The notes beneath the pieces are model-generated. The model saw only the letters and a program-made list of their open reading frames with translations. It was not told the DNA's origin and ran no database searches. Below, in pieces: positions 50,671 through 64,000 of a stretch of DNA of 64,000 bases. How positions within the stretch are numbered: the first letter of the stretch is position 1; each line of letters begins with the position of its first letter. The position numbers were made by a program, and so were the translations under genes. This DNA comes from Felis catus (Eukaryota): the NCBI RefSeq assembly GCF_018350175.1, contig NC_058368.1, positions 130,512,001-130,576,000 on the forward strand, in the 5' to 3' direction.

Positions 50671-52085
50671 TCAGGAACAACCTGTGTCTCCATCTTGGTA
50701 AAATTTTGTGTTTTTGTTTTTTGACTTGAATACAACACATGATTATTTTTTCCTTTTCATATTCCGAATATTGTAGAAAAAGTTATCAACCCTATGCTTA
50801 AAAGGAAAGCCAGTGGTAAGCTTAATTTTAAATTGGTTGTGATTTCTGAAAACCCTGACTTTTTTTCTCTTCATGAAGGACCTTGTAAAACTGCTAAAGT
50901 TGCAGGAGTCTAGGACTTAGGATAAGCACCCGGCAGAGACAAACCGGTATGATAAGAACTCTGCTCTGAAATTACTTGCTTTACTATGGATTTTCACTTT
51001 TTGGAATACACTTGAAGGACTTGATTATTTGAGAAATCAGAATGATCTCAGTACAAGACTTCTTCACTTATATCATGCCCCTTAAGTTAGGCACCACTGT
51101 ATTCTGACAGACTTGTACTGCTTTTTCAGGGAGTGAACATTCCAGCTTCCAGGTGTTTCTCAGCACATACGGTCCCTTCCTTTAGTTTCAGTGTCTGTCA
51201 TGGTGATACTGCACCACAGTGGATCTGCTTTTTCCAGACTTCAGGTTGAAAGATAGTTCTGAGAATTTTCCCTAGTTGACAGTTAACTGTCATTTAAATG
51301 TTTTTCTAACCTAAATTATGCAAAGCTCGGATTATCTTCAGCCCTAAATATGGTTTATTACAGGTTTGTATTCCCTATTGGTACTCATTGCTCATGCCAT
51401 AATTGCTTTTCTTGCTAGAGTTATAGATTCGAATTATGGTCATAATACCTAGTTATTCACGGAAATGAAGATAAAGTACGAGAGTATGATTATCTCAAAA
51501 GAGGATCCAATAATTAGGCTGTAGAAAAGCTAGGATTGTTTCTAGAGGAGCTTTTGCCCAAATAAGAACTCACAAGTTAGTATCTTTAAGGTTTTACTTA
51601 TTCCTTTTATATTAAAAAGCAGCAACAGCAAAGCTCTGAGCACTAACTCTTCCTAGCTATTTGCTGTTTTAATCATTTACACAGCTCTAGTGTCTGGAGA
51701 GAACTCAGGATTGTACAGCTTTTGCTGAATTAGTTTGGATAATTTGCAATAAAACAAAAACCTCTGTTAAAATTAAATACTAAATGGAGACGGGACTTTA
51801 GAAAACCCTGAGCAGATAAAACCATTTAAGCTGCATAAGCAAAACTAAATGTAACTTATTTCATGAACGTAAGTGAAACTTACTTTTTATAAGTGCCTTT
51901 GACAATTGTAAAGAAACTTAGTTATTTTCCTAAAAATTGCATGAGATAATCACTTTAAACCAATCCCCTGCCATCTGGATATTTCCATTTTAAATAACCA
52001 ATCATTGTAAAGGTTAACAACTTTTTCACTTTGATTTTATAAGTCATCCTGTAATTCTATGCCCCTGAGCTTCAGATCCATTTTT

Positions 52086-52310
52086 ATTTTATTTTTATTT
52101 TTTTAATGTTTATTTTTGAGAGACAGACACGCAGAGAGCATGAGCAGAGGAGGGGCAGAGAGAAAGAGAGGGAGACACAGAATCTGAAGCAGGCTCCACG
52201 CTTGGAGCTGTCTGCACAGAGCCCGACACAGTGTTCGAACTCACGAATGGTGAGATCATGACCTGAGCCAAAGTCGGACGCTTAACAGACTGAGCCCCCC
52301 AGGTGCCCCC
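52086..52310 (-). mobile_element. Felid CanSINE
   Basis: Ends GAGCCCCCCAGGTGCCCCC; CCATTTTTA flanks. Confidence 0.94.
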
Positions 52311-52841
52311 ATTTTTAATTTTATAAGCTCCCATGTTTTGAACTGTGTTATATGTACAAAAATATCTTACTACTCTTTGTTGATTTGGTGGTTTTGATAC
52401 TCCTAGATTTTTGACACCTTAAAATGAGGTAGCTTCTTAAGTAAAATGGAAAGAAATTTTCCTTAAAAATTCATGCTGCTGAAATTTATACTGACTCCTT
52501 CCCTTCCTTCTCTTATAGTTTCCTTCCTGGTTTACCTCCTATAATACAATTCACAAGGTCATTGTATTAAAATCAACAATAATTTTATTATAGTTTAAAT
52601 CAAATTCAGGGTAAAAGTTATATACAATTTTCATATCAGAAAAGAGGTAAATAGGACAGTGTCATTGCTATTAGAACAAGAAGCATTTAGGAGCAGAGTC
52701 CAGATAACTGGTCAAAAGTCACACTTAAACATGTTTTCTTTGACGCACTTTCATTTGGCTAGTACTTTGCATTCCTTACAATCTGGCGTCACTCTCCTTT
52801 CTTACTATGTTTTCAGAGTTTCATACCAAATCCAGATTCAT

Positions 52842-53620
52842 ACATTCATTCCAGAAATAAATAGCTTTTATTATGTAAGCAAATAATGTTGACCTGTAGC
52901 CATGTGCCAAGTACTCTTTGCAGGGCTGAGGATTTAAAGGTGAGCAAAACAGACCTGATCTGATCTGATTTGATTTGACCAAGAGCTGTAGTCTGGTGTG
53001 AACAATCAAATACTCTCATGAATAAGTAATTATTAATTGCAGTACAGATTTAAAGAAAATAAAGGTGCTTTTTAGGCTATGGAGTGAGGATGTGGCACAT
53101 GAGCTGATACATGAAAGGTTTAAGAATGAAAAGGTTGGAGGGGAGGAGGAAAATTGGGCAGATGAAACATTATACTCTCTTTCCAAAAGTAGGAGAGGGT
53201 ATGGGTATTCAAGGAGTGGAAAGAAGACAGAGCTGTTAAAAGTGGAAAGATGTAAAAGCAGAACATAATGAGGCTATAAATGGCAGGGAATAGCATGTTT
53301 GGGTTTTGGAAGGCCATATTAGGGACTTTCATCTCTAGACTCAGAGCATTTATTGTAGGAGTAATGGGAAGGTTTTGAAGAGGTACAAACAGGAAAATGT
53401 CAAATAAGAATTTCATTTGTTTAAAAAAGATGATTGCTGACACAGTGAGGAAAATGAACTGGAGAGGAGCAAAAGAGAAGAGAGAAACTAGTTACACATC
53501 TACTGCAAAAGTCGAGAGAGATGATGGCAGCATGGACCAGGATGGGGATGGCAGGGAAGACAGAGCAATGACAGAAATCAATGGTATTTGGGCATTGAAA
53601 TTTCATAGATTTTACAACAA
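52842..53620 (-). mobile_element. LINE-2 3' region
   Basis: CATTCATT..CCATGTGCCAAGTACT..GGTGAGCAAAACAGACC antisense L2 terminus. Confidence 0.7.
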
Positions 53621-53982
53621 TTGAATACTTCGCAAATTTTATATATTTATGATGAAACAGGCACTATCAGAGGTGTAAATTAGTATCTCCACTTGGGAAC
53701 ATAATTAGAACTGTGTCTCATGAGTGTGAAAAATGCTTAACCCTTTTGCCTAGTAATTTCTTATCTGGGAAACCATTCAAACGAAAAAACTCTGAAGTAC
53801 CTAAGGCTTCTATGGACAAAGATGTTTACTACTAAGGAACAAGTGCATTAGTAAAGGTAATTACCTGCATATTCAAATACAGATGAAAGACTACTTTAAT
53901 TCTGATCTAGTTTTCTCCATCATGTCTAATTTTTAAATGTTTACAGTGAGCGTGTTTTACTTAATCAGAAAAATTAATTTTT

Positions 53983-54606
53983 TTAATTTTATTTAGTTTA
54001 TATCCAAATTAGCATATAGTGCAACAATGATTTCAGGAGTAGATTCCTTAGTGCCCTTACCCATTTAGCCCATCCCCCCTCCCCCAACCCCTCCAGTAAC
54101 CCTCTGTTTGTTCTCCATATTTATGAATCTCTTATGCTTTGTCCCCCTCCTTGTTTTTATATTATTTTTGTTTCCCTTCCCTTATGTTCATCTGTTTTGC
54201 CTCTTAAAGTCCTCATATGAGTGAAGTTATATTTGTCTTTCTCTAATTTCACTTAGCATAATACCGTCCAGTCCCATCCACGTACTTGCAATTGGCAAGA
54301 TTTCATTCTTTTTGATTGCTGAGTAATACTCCATTGTGTGTGTGTGTGTGTGTGTGTGTGTAGACACCACATCTTCTTTATCCATTCATCCATCGATGGA
54401 CATTTGGGCTCTTTCCATACTTTGGCTATTGTTGATAGTGCTACTATAAACATGAGGGTGCACGTGTCCCTTCGAAACAGCACACCTGTATCGCTTGGAT
54501 AAATGCCCAGTACTGCAATTGCTGGGTCGTAGGGTAGTTCTATTTTTAGTTTTTTGAGGAACCTCCATACTTTTTTCCAGAGTGGCTTCACCAGCTTGCA
54601 TTCCCT
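53983..54606 (-). mobile_element. Young felid L1 3' end (5'-truncated)
   Basis: ORF 54253-54591 ([30 protein letters not shown]); perfect TSD TCAGAAAAATTAATTTTT at 53965-53982 and 54607-54624. Confidence 0.97.
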
Positions 54607-55419
54607 TCAGAAAAATTAATTTTTAAGGGCCCAGTATCTCAGTGACTATCCATAGTATTAGGTCTTATTTAAAACATCACACTTAAGTTTTAATAAATAA
54701 TAATAAACAAACTTAAGTTTTAATGCTTTACCTTCCATATGCAGTTTTCAAGGATTTGGTTGGATGGTAAAGGAAAGTGAAGGCTTAAGTAAAAAACCTT
54801 GCAGAGAATATTTCATAACCATAAAACTGTAAGCATCGATAAATGAGTATCTCCGTTTCATGGTCCAAGTGCAAGATCTAATATATTCAGTAAATGTATG
54901 TAGACTATTCATGAAGGTGTATGAGTACTTAATAGATTTATTAATGACAATTTGGGTCTAATAAATAACCTCCAGTACCTCCGGGGTCAATAAGGGTGAG
55001 TAGAGCAACAGGAAGAAGGTGAGGAGCATAATATTGCACAGAATATATTGCATCCCATGCACATGGTATTGTCTCTTCTAGGCTTTTTTATACAGCACTA
55101 GGGAGAACCACAGAATGGAAGAGTGACAGAGGTAATAAAGTGGTAAGAACATAATCAGCAAAATCTGGTAGCTATGAGATAAAGTCAGGAGAAGTCGGAA
55201 AGATGGTCATAAAGTGAACTAAGCTGACAATAAGATTTTCTAGGCATGTATAACATACAGTTTTCCCCTTTAGTACCCAGAGGAGAGAGAATTTTCTCTT
55301 CCTTTTCTTACAGCCTTAGGGCATCCTTGGTGTTGGGGGTGGTGGTGTTCACCTTTACCCTGTCTAGCTGTTAGGGACACTGAGGTCAACAACCAAGGGA
55401 AAAGTTCCATTGTATTTAT

Positions 55420-55595
55420 TTGTTTTTCTTTTATAGCCTTTCCCTCAATTTGCAATTATATAGTCATCTTGTTTATTGTCTGAATCTTCCACTTAAAAGT
55501 AAGATCCGTGGGGTCAGATATGTTTTTGGTTTACTGCTGTGTGCCCCCTAGCCCTCAGAGTGGTCCCATACTATTAATCAAGGGAATAAATGGAG
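55420..55595 (+). mobile_element. LINE-2 3' fragment
   Basis: TTGTTTATTGTCTG..GTAAGATCCGTGGGGTCAGA..TTTACTGCTGTGTGCCCC. Confidence 0.5.
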
Positions 55596-56204
55596 TGGTA
55601 GTTAAGTGGGAAGGTAACAGAACATTAGCTATGGAATGTGGGGAGGAAGTGGAAAGAGTGTGACCTTCAAAGCCATGCAACCATCATTTCTCACCTGCTT
55701 TCCTGCCAAAAGGTAGTGGAAAGGTCCAGGCAAAACAAGGCCAGAATCCTCCAGCGATGTGAGGACCTGAGAACAATACTGCTCTCAGGATTAGCACATT
55801 GATAAGACAAAATTACAGAAGGCTATACTGTTTAGAAGAAAAGAACACTTGGTAACAGTCCCAAAGGAGAGCAAAACAACCAGGAACCTGTTCTTGGTGG
55901 GATCAGGTAGAGTACAGTTTTAAGTAAAGAAAAAGTTCATCTGAGCACATCTATTCCACGTAACAATGGATTTTAGTAAAGCAGTCTTATAACCCCTAAG
56001 AAGAAATGTGTCTGTCAAAATTACCAAACTGAAAAATTCTAGAATTGAAGTTGTCTGAGAAGTTTGAATCCAAAATTACACCCTAATGATTAAACAAACT
56101 ATAACAACAACAGCTACAGAGATTTGTGCATGTAAAACTGCATGTAATACTGAAAAACAACACCTCTTACTTTAAGTGCACTTTTCCTTTTCTCTCATCA
56201 TACC

Positions 56205-56531
56205 TGTATTAGAGGTCTCCAGAAAAACCAAATCAGTAAGATCAATAGATGTACCTATTTATTTCCAGTCAGAGAAGACCAGTGTTCCGGCTCAGACAGG
56301 TGGGAAGACAGGGAACTCTCCTTTACTCTTCTTATTCTATTCGGGCTTTCAACAGAGTAGATGAAGCCCAACTACAATGGAAAAGGCAATCATTTTTAGT
56401 AAATCTGAGTCTACCAATTCAAATGCTAATCTCCTCCAAAACACATTCACAGATGTATCCCCAACAAGTTTAACAACATACCTGGGCATCCTGTGGGCCA
56501 GTCAAGTTGACACATAAAACTAAGCATCACA
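56205..56531 (-). mobile_element. MLT2B-like ERVL solo LTR
   Basis: TGTATTAG..TCTCCAGA start; GGCCAGTCAAGTTGACACATAAAACTAAGCATCACA end. Confidence 0.85.
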
Positions 56532-57162
56532 GAGGAACATAAAGGCATGACTAAATCCACTGAAATCCTATCGTTTTTAAAACATCATTTTGTAGTTTTG
56601 GAATCAATAGTTGTATCCTTTATTACTGCAGCAGGATGCATTAAAATGTCTAGATGCCAGCACCACTAAGTGCAACAATCCAGCCAAATAACATTTTATA
56701 GCTGTGATATCCACAAAAGGTGGTATTTCAGGATTTAGCCAGCCTGCCAGAGAGGTTTAAATTTATAAAGACTTGCAAAAGATGACATTAAATGTTAAGA
56801 TATTTAGCATGATAAACCACTAGTTTATAATATTCATAGTAGGGAAAATTATATTTAATGTTTAATACACTAAAAATAGTGATTACCCTTATTGTAAAGT
56901 ATCAAATTTTGTTTACAACTGGGATTTTATCACTCATTACATTCAAATATATAAGATCTCATTCAAAGCAGCACCTTTGGAGAAAACATACCCTACTGAA
57001 CCTAAGTGAGGGGGGTTAGTAAAACATAATAGAAAATATTTATAGGTATTTAATTATGGTCTCTCTTGTGTATCAGTTTTGAAACAAAATTTTTCTGTGT
57101 AATTTCCTTTATCACTTCTCTTGGTTCTAGTAACTTGTAGCCATTACTTAATAGAAAATTCA

Positions 57163-57392
57163 GGGCACCTGGGTGGCTCAGTCAGCTGGGCGGCCAACTT
57201 CAGCTCAGGTCATGATCTTGTGGTCTGTTGAGTTCGGGCCCCGCATCGGGCTCTGTGCTGACAGCTTGGAGCCTGGAGCCTGCTTCGAATTCTGTGTCTC
57301 CCTGTCTCTCTGCCCCTTCCCCATTCCCACTCTGTCTCTCTCTGTCTTTCAAAGGTGAATAATCGTTAAAAAAAAAAAAGAAAGCAAAGAAA
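57163..57392 (+). mobile_element. Felid CanSINE
   Basis: GGGCACCTGGGTGGCTCAGTC start; TSD AGAAAATTCA at 57153-57162 and 57393-57402. Confidence 0.95.
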
Positions 57393-57911
57393 AGAAAATT
57401 CACCCACAAAAGATGATTTACCCTTACTTACGATATCAAAATAGTGAACCACAGCTTTAAAGGCAGTCTGAGATGGTACCAGGCAGGAGCAGCACCACTG
57501 ACACACAGGTGTATCTCCTTAACACCAATTTGAAGGCAGGCGGGGGTAAAGAAGTTTCCATGGGATGAGAGTCTGAGAATTTGTCTCCAAATATACTCCT
57601 GATTTCCTGGTGGATGGACTTTCCTCTTTGCTCCAGTCCTGATTGTTTGCCACCTGTGTGGGTATTTAAGAAATTGGTAATAAACAAGTTCAACACTTGT
57701 AAACCAACAAGTACATAGTTGTTTTTTTCTTCTTCTCCTTCTCCTCCTTCTCCTTGTCCTTCTTCTTTTTATACTAGATATATTCCTTCAGACTACAGAG
57801 AAAGGATTTTGCTCTTTTGAGGGGAAAGATAATCCTCTCTTTTCACTTTCCCACCTCTCTCAACCTGGGTAAGGATGCACGTTGTCCAGATTGGGACCGG
57901 AAGCGTCGTTG

Positions 57912-58460
57912 TGTAGGAAAAATAAAAATTCAGAGGCTTAATCCTCCCTGTTGAAAATAAGGGAAGAGACTTTCCTACTTCCTTTTCCTAGAGCATTTAC
58001 TTCAGGAACCTTGTAAGTTTTTTCTCTGTCTCTTCGAGATGAATATAAATACTTAAAAACTAAATAAGTCTTAGACCAGCTTTGTAACCCCAGAATGTCT
58101 TCTTCTAGGACCTGGCAGTTGGATGTTAGGGATGTGATCATTCTTGATGATTACCTCTCAACTTCCAGTTTATGTGAGAGAGTAGGAGCCCAACTTCAGA
58201 AGTTTGGTTCACTCCAAGTTGCAAAATTATTTGTTGTCTTAAAGATAGGGGAAGTTTGTTATTCCTTTGGATAAAGCTAATTCACTAACACAGCCATTGC
58301 AATTACCAAGTGAATTTAGGATGAACTATAGGAAGACATGTCTTGATGGACTAAGTGCTTGGCTATATAAAAGGGTGAAACTACTGTCTCCACAACCTCT
58401 TCTTAGTGACTGCCTATGATACACATCACATTCTGGTATAATGCTTATATTTCACCAGTA
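57912..58460 (+). mobile_element. ERV1-class solo LTR (MER89-like) inserted in an old MLT1 LTR (~57780-58674)
   Basis: TG start, TTAATCCTCCCTGTTGAAAATAAGGGAAGAGA, GCTTGGCTATATAAAAGGGTGA TATA region; 4-bp flanks GTTG/ATTG. Confidence 0.65.
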
Positions 58461-59639
58461 ATTGTGACCATGAGGAAATCTAGTTTAAAGATGAAGCCAC
58501 CATGTGGAGGAAAAAAGAACTTAGAGAATTACAGAATAATGGAGCTGAAGACTTGGCTAAAATATTGTTGAGTATTTACATTCTTTAGACTTAACTCTAT
58601 GAGCCATGACATTTCCTTATTGATTCAAGCCAGATTGAAATAGGTAAATTGTTACTCATAATTGAAAGCGTTCTGTGCATTTCCCTGATGATTAGTGATA
58701 TTGAACATCTTTTTGTTATTGCTATTGACTTGTAAGAGTTCCTTGTGTATTTTGGGATAACTGCTTATCAGATATATAATTTGCAAATATTTTCTCTCAT
58801 TCAGTAGGTTGCATTTTCATTTTATTGACTTTCCTTGCTGTACAGAGACTTTTTAGATTGAGGTAGTCCCATTTGGTTTTTGATTTTGTTGTCTTTGCTT
58901 TTGGTGTCAAATAAAAAAAAATCCTCACTAATGTCATTGTTAGGGAGGTTACTACCTATGTTTTCTTCTACAAGTTTTATAGTTCCAGGTCTTACATTCA
59001 TTCTTTATTCATTTTTAATTTTTTTTTGTATGGGTTTTTTTGTGTATGGGGTTTTTTTGTATGTTTGTAGGGTTCCATTTTCATTATTTTGCATGTAGTT
59101 GTCCAGTTTTCCCAGCACCATTTATTGAAGATCCTGCCTTTCCTCATTGTATATTCTTGGCATCTTTGTCTTAAATTGAACAAATAAGCATGAGTTTATT
59201 TGTGGACTTCTATTCTGTTTTACTGATCCATCTGTCTGTGTTTAGGCCAATGCCATACTGTTTTGATGACTATATTGTTGTAATATAATTTGACACTAGG
59301 GAGCATGATGCCTCCAGCTTTGCTTTTCTTTCTCAGAATTGATTTGGCTATTTCAGATTTTCCGTGATTCCATACATATTTTAGGATTATTTGTTCTATT
59401 TTTGTGAAAAATGCTATTCGAATTTTTGTCAGGATTATATTGAATCTGTAAATGGCTTTGGCTAGTATGAACATTTTAACAACACTAACTCTTTGAATCC
59501 ATAAGTATAGAACATTTTTCTATTTATTAACATATTCAATTTTTTATTCATTTCCTTCGTTAAATTTATTCCCAGGTATTTTTTTTTAATTCCTCAGTAT
59601 TTTATTCTTTTTGATTTAATTATAAATAGGATCATTATC

Positions 59640-60850
59640 TTTTTTTCTTTTTTCTTTTTTAAAATTTACATCTAAATTAGCATCTAGTGCACCAATGATT
59701 TCAGGAGTAGATTCCTTAATGGCCCTTACCCATTTAGCCCATCCTCCTTCCCACAACCCCTCCAGTAACCCTCAGTTTGTTCTCCATATTTATGAGTCTC
59801 TTCTGTCTTGTCCCCCTCCCTGTTTTTACATTATTTTTGTTTCCCTTCCCTTATGTTCATCTGTTTTGTCTCTTAAAGTCCTCATATGAGTGAAGTCATA
59901 TGATTTGTCTTTCTCTGACTAATTTCACTTAGCATAATACCCTCCAGTTCCATCCACGTGGTTGCAAATGGCAAGATTTCATTTTTTTGATTGCTGAGTC
60001 AAAATACTCTATTGTATATATATACCACATCTTCTTTATCCATTCATCCATAGATGGACATTTGGGCTCTTTCCATAATTTTTGGTTATTGTTGATAGTG
60101 CTGCTATAAACATGGTGGTGCACATGTCCCTTCGAAACAGCACACCTGTATCCCTTGGAAGAATGCCTAGTAGTTCAATTGCTGGGTTGTAGGGCAATTC
60201 TATTTTTAGTTTTTTGAGGAACCTCCATACTGTTTTCCAGAGTGGCTGCACCAGCTTGCATTCCCACCAAAAATGCAAAAGAGATCCTCTTCCTTTGCAT
60301 CCTCGCCAACATCTGTTGTTGCCTGAGTTGTTACTGTTAGCCATTCTGACAGGTGTAAGGTGTTATCTCATTGTGGTTTTGATTTGTATTTGCCTGATGA
60401 TGAGTGATGTTGAGCATTTTTTCATGTGCCGGTTGGCCATCTGGAGTCTTCTTTGGAGAAGTGTCTATTCATGTCTTTTGCCCATTTCTTCACTGGATTG
60501 TTTTTTGGGTGTTGAGTTTGACAAGTTCTTTATAGATTTTGGATACTAACCCTTTATCTCATATGTCGTTTGCAAATATCTTCTCCCATTCTGTCGGTTG
60601 CCTTTTAGTTTTGCTGATTGTTTCCTTTGCTATGCAGAAGCTTTTTATTTTGATGAGGTCCCAGTAGTTCATTTTTGCTTTTGTTACCCTTGCCTTTGGA
60701 GACGTGTTGAGTAAGAAGTTGCTGCGGCCAAGATCAGAGAGGTTTTTGCCTGCTTTTTCCTTGAGGATTTTGATGGCTTCCTGTCTTACACTTAGGTCTT
60801 TCATCCATTTTGAGTTTATTTTTGTGTATGGTGTAAGAAAGTAGTCCAGG
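59640..60850 (-). mobile_element. Younger felid L1 (1.2 kb, 5'-truncated) nested in older L1
   Basis: Same 3' UTR as the 53983 copy; ORF2 C-domain RCWRGC..HFWWEC (60036-60344); host RT sequence resumes at ~60851. Confidence 0.92.
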
Positions 60851-62754
60851 ATTGCTTTTCTTAATTCTCCTTTCTGATAGTTTGTTAATACTATATAGAA
60901 ACACAAGAGTTCTGTATATTGACTTTGTATCCTGCAAGTTCACTCAATTTATTTATTTGATCCAAGTGTTTTTTTTTTTAGTGGAATCTTTAGGGTTTTT
61001 TATATAATGGATCATGTCATCTGCAGAGAGTGTAAGTTTACTTCTTCCTTTCCAATTACAATGACTTTTTTGTCTTTTTTGGGTAATTGCTTTGCCTGGC
61101 ACTTCCAATGCAATGTTGAATAAAGGTGGTGAGACTGGGCATCCTGGTCTCATTTTTATATTCGGGGAAAAGTTCATTGCTGAGTATGATATTAGCTTTG
61201 GACTTGTGATCATGGCCTTTATTATGTTGAGGTGCATTCCCTCTATGGCCACTTGTTGAGGGTTTTTATAAAAAATGAATCCTTACTTTTGTCACATGCT
61301 TTTTCTGTGACTACTGAGATAATCATATGGTTTTTATACTTCATTTTGTTAATGGGGTGTATCATATTGACTGATTGGCAAATACTGAATCATTCTTCAA
61401 TCCTTGCAACATATTACACCTCTTCTTTTCAGTGTATTGCTGAATTCATGTTACAAATATTTTGTGGGCAATTTTTGTATCTATGATCATCAGAAATATC
61501 TGCCCATAACTTTCTTTTCTTGTGGTGTCCTTGGCTAGTTTTGGAATCATGGTAAGGATGGCCTTATAAAATGTATGAAACATCCCTCTTTCTTCAAAGA
61601 GTTTTAGAAGGATTGGAATTAACTGTTTTTGAAAATTTTGGTAGAATTCACCACTGAAGCCATCTGCTCTCGGACTTTTGTTTGTTGCAAGGTTTTTGCT
61701 TACTGAATAATTTTCCATAGTAGTAATTGGTCTGTTCATACTTTGTATTACATCATGATTTTTGAAAGCTAGTAAGTTTCTAGGAATTACTTCTTTTCTA
61801 TAGGTTGTTCAATTTGTAGCCATAGAATTCTTTATAGTTGCCTTTTATGATGCTTATATCTGTTGTGATATCTCTTTAATTTCTAATTGTATTTGAGTCC
61901 TCTTTTTCTCTTGGTGAGTTTACCTAAAGGTTAATGGATTTTATTTGTCCAAGAACCAGCTGTTGTTTTTGCAGCTCTTCTATTTTTTTGTTTGTTTGTT
62001 CTATTTATTTCTGCTGCAATTTTTGTTACTGCCTTTCTTGTACTAATGTTGGGCTCTTTCTCCTTACTTGAGGTATAAAATTAGGTTATTTGAAAAATAA
62101 TTTTTTTTAGGTAGGCATTCATTGCTATGAGCTTCTCTCTTGGAACTGCTTTTGATGAATTCTACAAATTTAGGTATACTGGATTTCCATTTTCATTAAT
62201 CTCGAGGTACTTTTTTTTTTTTTTACTGGATTTCTTTGCTGACCCATTAATTCTTAAGTGCCGTGCTGTTTAACTTCCACTTATTTTAGTATTTTCAAAT
62301 TTATTTCTTATGATTGATTTTTAGTTTCATACCATAATGGTCAGAGAAGATGCTTGCTAAGACTCCAGCCTGCTTAAATTTAGTTAAGACTTGCTTTGTG
62401 GCATAATGAATGACTGTACTGGAGAATGACTAGGCACTTGAAAGAATGTTCTGGTGTTTTTACATGGAATGTTCTGCACACATCTTTTAAATCCATCTGT
62501 TACAATGTGTCATTTAAAGTCATTGTTTCCTGATTGATTTTCTGTCTGGATTATCCATTTATTGATTCAAGGGGGGAATTAAAGTTCCCAACTATTATAA
62601 CATTGCTATTTCCCCTTTTAGGTCTATTTACATTTACTTTATATATTTAGATACCCCATGTTGAGTACATACATGTTTATAAATTCTTTCTTCTTGGATT
62701 GACCTCTTTATCATGATGCAATGCCTTTCTTTTTCTATTCTTACTGTCTATATT

Positions 62755-62947
62755 TTATTTCTATTTTTTTTAATGTTTGTTTATTTTTGAGACAGAGGAA
62801 GGGGCAGAGTGAGAGGGAGACACAGAATCTGAAACAGGCTCCAGGTTCTGAGTTGTCAGCATAGAGCCCGATACGGGGCTCAAACCCACAAACGGTGAGG
62901 TCATGACCTGAGCTGAAGTCTAACCAACTAAGCCACCCAGGCACTCC
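62755..62947 (-). mobile_element. CanSINE within L1
   Basis: GAGGTCATGACCTGAGCTGAAGTC..AGCCACCCAGGCACTCC; degenerate TTAYTGTCYRTATTTTA flanks. Confidence 0.9.
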
Positions 62948-63087
62948 TTTATTGTCCGTATTTTAAAGTCTGTTTTGTGTAAGGATAGCTATCCCAATTT
63001 TTGTTTTGTTTCCATTTGCGTGAAATACCTTCTTCCATCCCTTCACTTTCAAATCTTGTGTTTCCTTAAGTCTGTAGTGATTCTCTC

Positions 63088-63314
63088 TCGTCTCTCTCTT
63101 TTTTTAATGTTTATCTATTTTTGAGAGAGAGAGAGATCAGGTGCACAAGCAGGGGAGGGTCAGAGAGAGAGAGAGGGAGACACAGAATCCGAAGCAGGCT
63201 CCAGGCTCTGAGCTGTCAGCACAGAGCTCCATGCGGGGTTGGAACTCAGGAACCATGAGATCATAACCTAAGCTGGAGTCAGACACTCAACTGACTGAGT
63301 CACCCAGGCACCCC
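63088..63314 (-). mobile_element. Felid CanSINE within L1
   Basis: Ends GAGTCACCCAGGCACCCC; GTAGTGMTTCTCT flanks. Confidence 0.93.
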
Positions 63315-64000
63315 AGTAGTGCTTCTCTTATAGGCAGCATATGGAGCATTATTATTATTATCCATTCAGCCACCCTTTTTAAAATAATTATTGATAGGCA
63401 TGTATTTGTTGGCATTTTTACTGTTTTCTAGCTGTTTGGTGGATCCTCTCCTTCATCTCTTGGTTTCTTTTTTGGTGGTCTTAGGACTTTCTCTAGTGGT
63501 ATGCTTAGATTCCTTTCTCTTTTGGCCCTCTATTACAGGTTTTTGCTTTGTGTTTACCATAAGGCGTATATATATGAACTTATAGTAGTCTATTTTAAGT
63601 TGATAACAGCTTAAGTGAACACATTCTAAGGCTTTACATTTTCACTCTCTTGTCTCCTGCCACACACACATTATGTTTTTTATGTCCAATTTTATATCGT
63701 TTACTCTTGTGTATACCTTCACTATTATTTTTTCTTATTTTCTCTTTTAATCATTATACCAGCTTTATAAATGATTAATCCACTATTTTAACTATGTACT
63801 CACCTTTACCAGTGAGGTTTATACTTACCTAATTTTTGTTACTAATTAGTTCCCTTTCTTTGCAGCTTACCATGTTTACTGTAAGACTAGTTTAGTGGTA
63901 ATGAACTCCCTTAGCTTTTGCTTTTCTAGAAAACTGGTTACTCTCCTTCACTTCTGAAAAACTTCACTGGGTAGAGAATTATTGGTTGGGAATTATTTCC

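Larger units (their letters stand above)
58675..64000 (-). mobile_element. Long decayed L1 (ORF2 through inter-ORF and ORF1 3' end), runs off window
   Basis: ORF2 remnants in ORFs 59220-59474, 60953-61252 (RPGCPVSPPLFNI..SADDMI), 61446-61739 (KSPRADGFSGEFYQ); ORF2 ATG at 63415; ORF1 end near 63870-64000. Confidence 0.9.

Noticed and set aside
58675..64000. Potentially active full-length L1
   Set aside because: Many stops and frameshifts, nested L1 and SINE insertions, 3' UTR missing

Overview
AT-rich mammalian genomic DNA, almost certainly felid, judged from abundant Feliformia/Felidae-type CanSINEs (SINEC_Fc-like) and cat-type L1 3' UTRs. The window is largely layered transposable-element fossils: about 23 CanSINEs, many L1 pieces of different ages (mostly minus strand), L2/MIR relics, ERVL/MaLR/ERV1 LTRs, one MER58-type DNA transposon and several microsatellites. 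I cannot support any intact protein-coding gene, RNA gene or CRISPR array; the ORF-track hits are SINE-, L1- or low-complexity-derived. The strong minus-strand bias of L1s/SINEs suggests an intron of a plus-strand gene (inference). I see no new biological system. The most interesting structures are: (i) a ~2 kb TSD-bounded L1 whose 5' UTR is fused directly to the ORF2 C-terminus at an AG|AATG junction, possibly a spliced-L1 retrocopy; (ii) a perfect 195-bp tandem duplication across an LTR-in-LTR junction; (iii) a twin-primed 5'-inverted L1 with a 27-bp fold-back; (iv) a three-L1 nest containing an ORF1-less element; (v) tail-less internal L1 fragments; (vi) a 146-nt minus-strand exon candidate in unique sequence. 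Repeat family names come from my recall of consensus sequences and need RepeatMasker/Dfam confirmation; boundaries of old elements are approximate.
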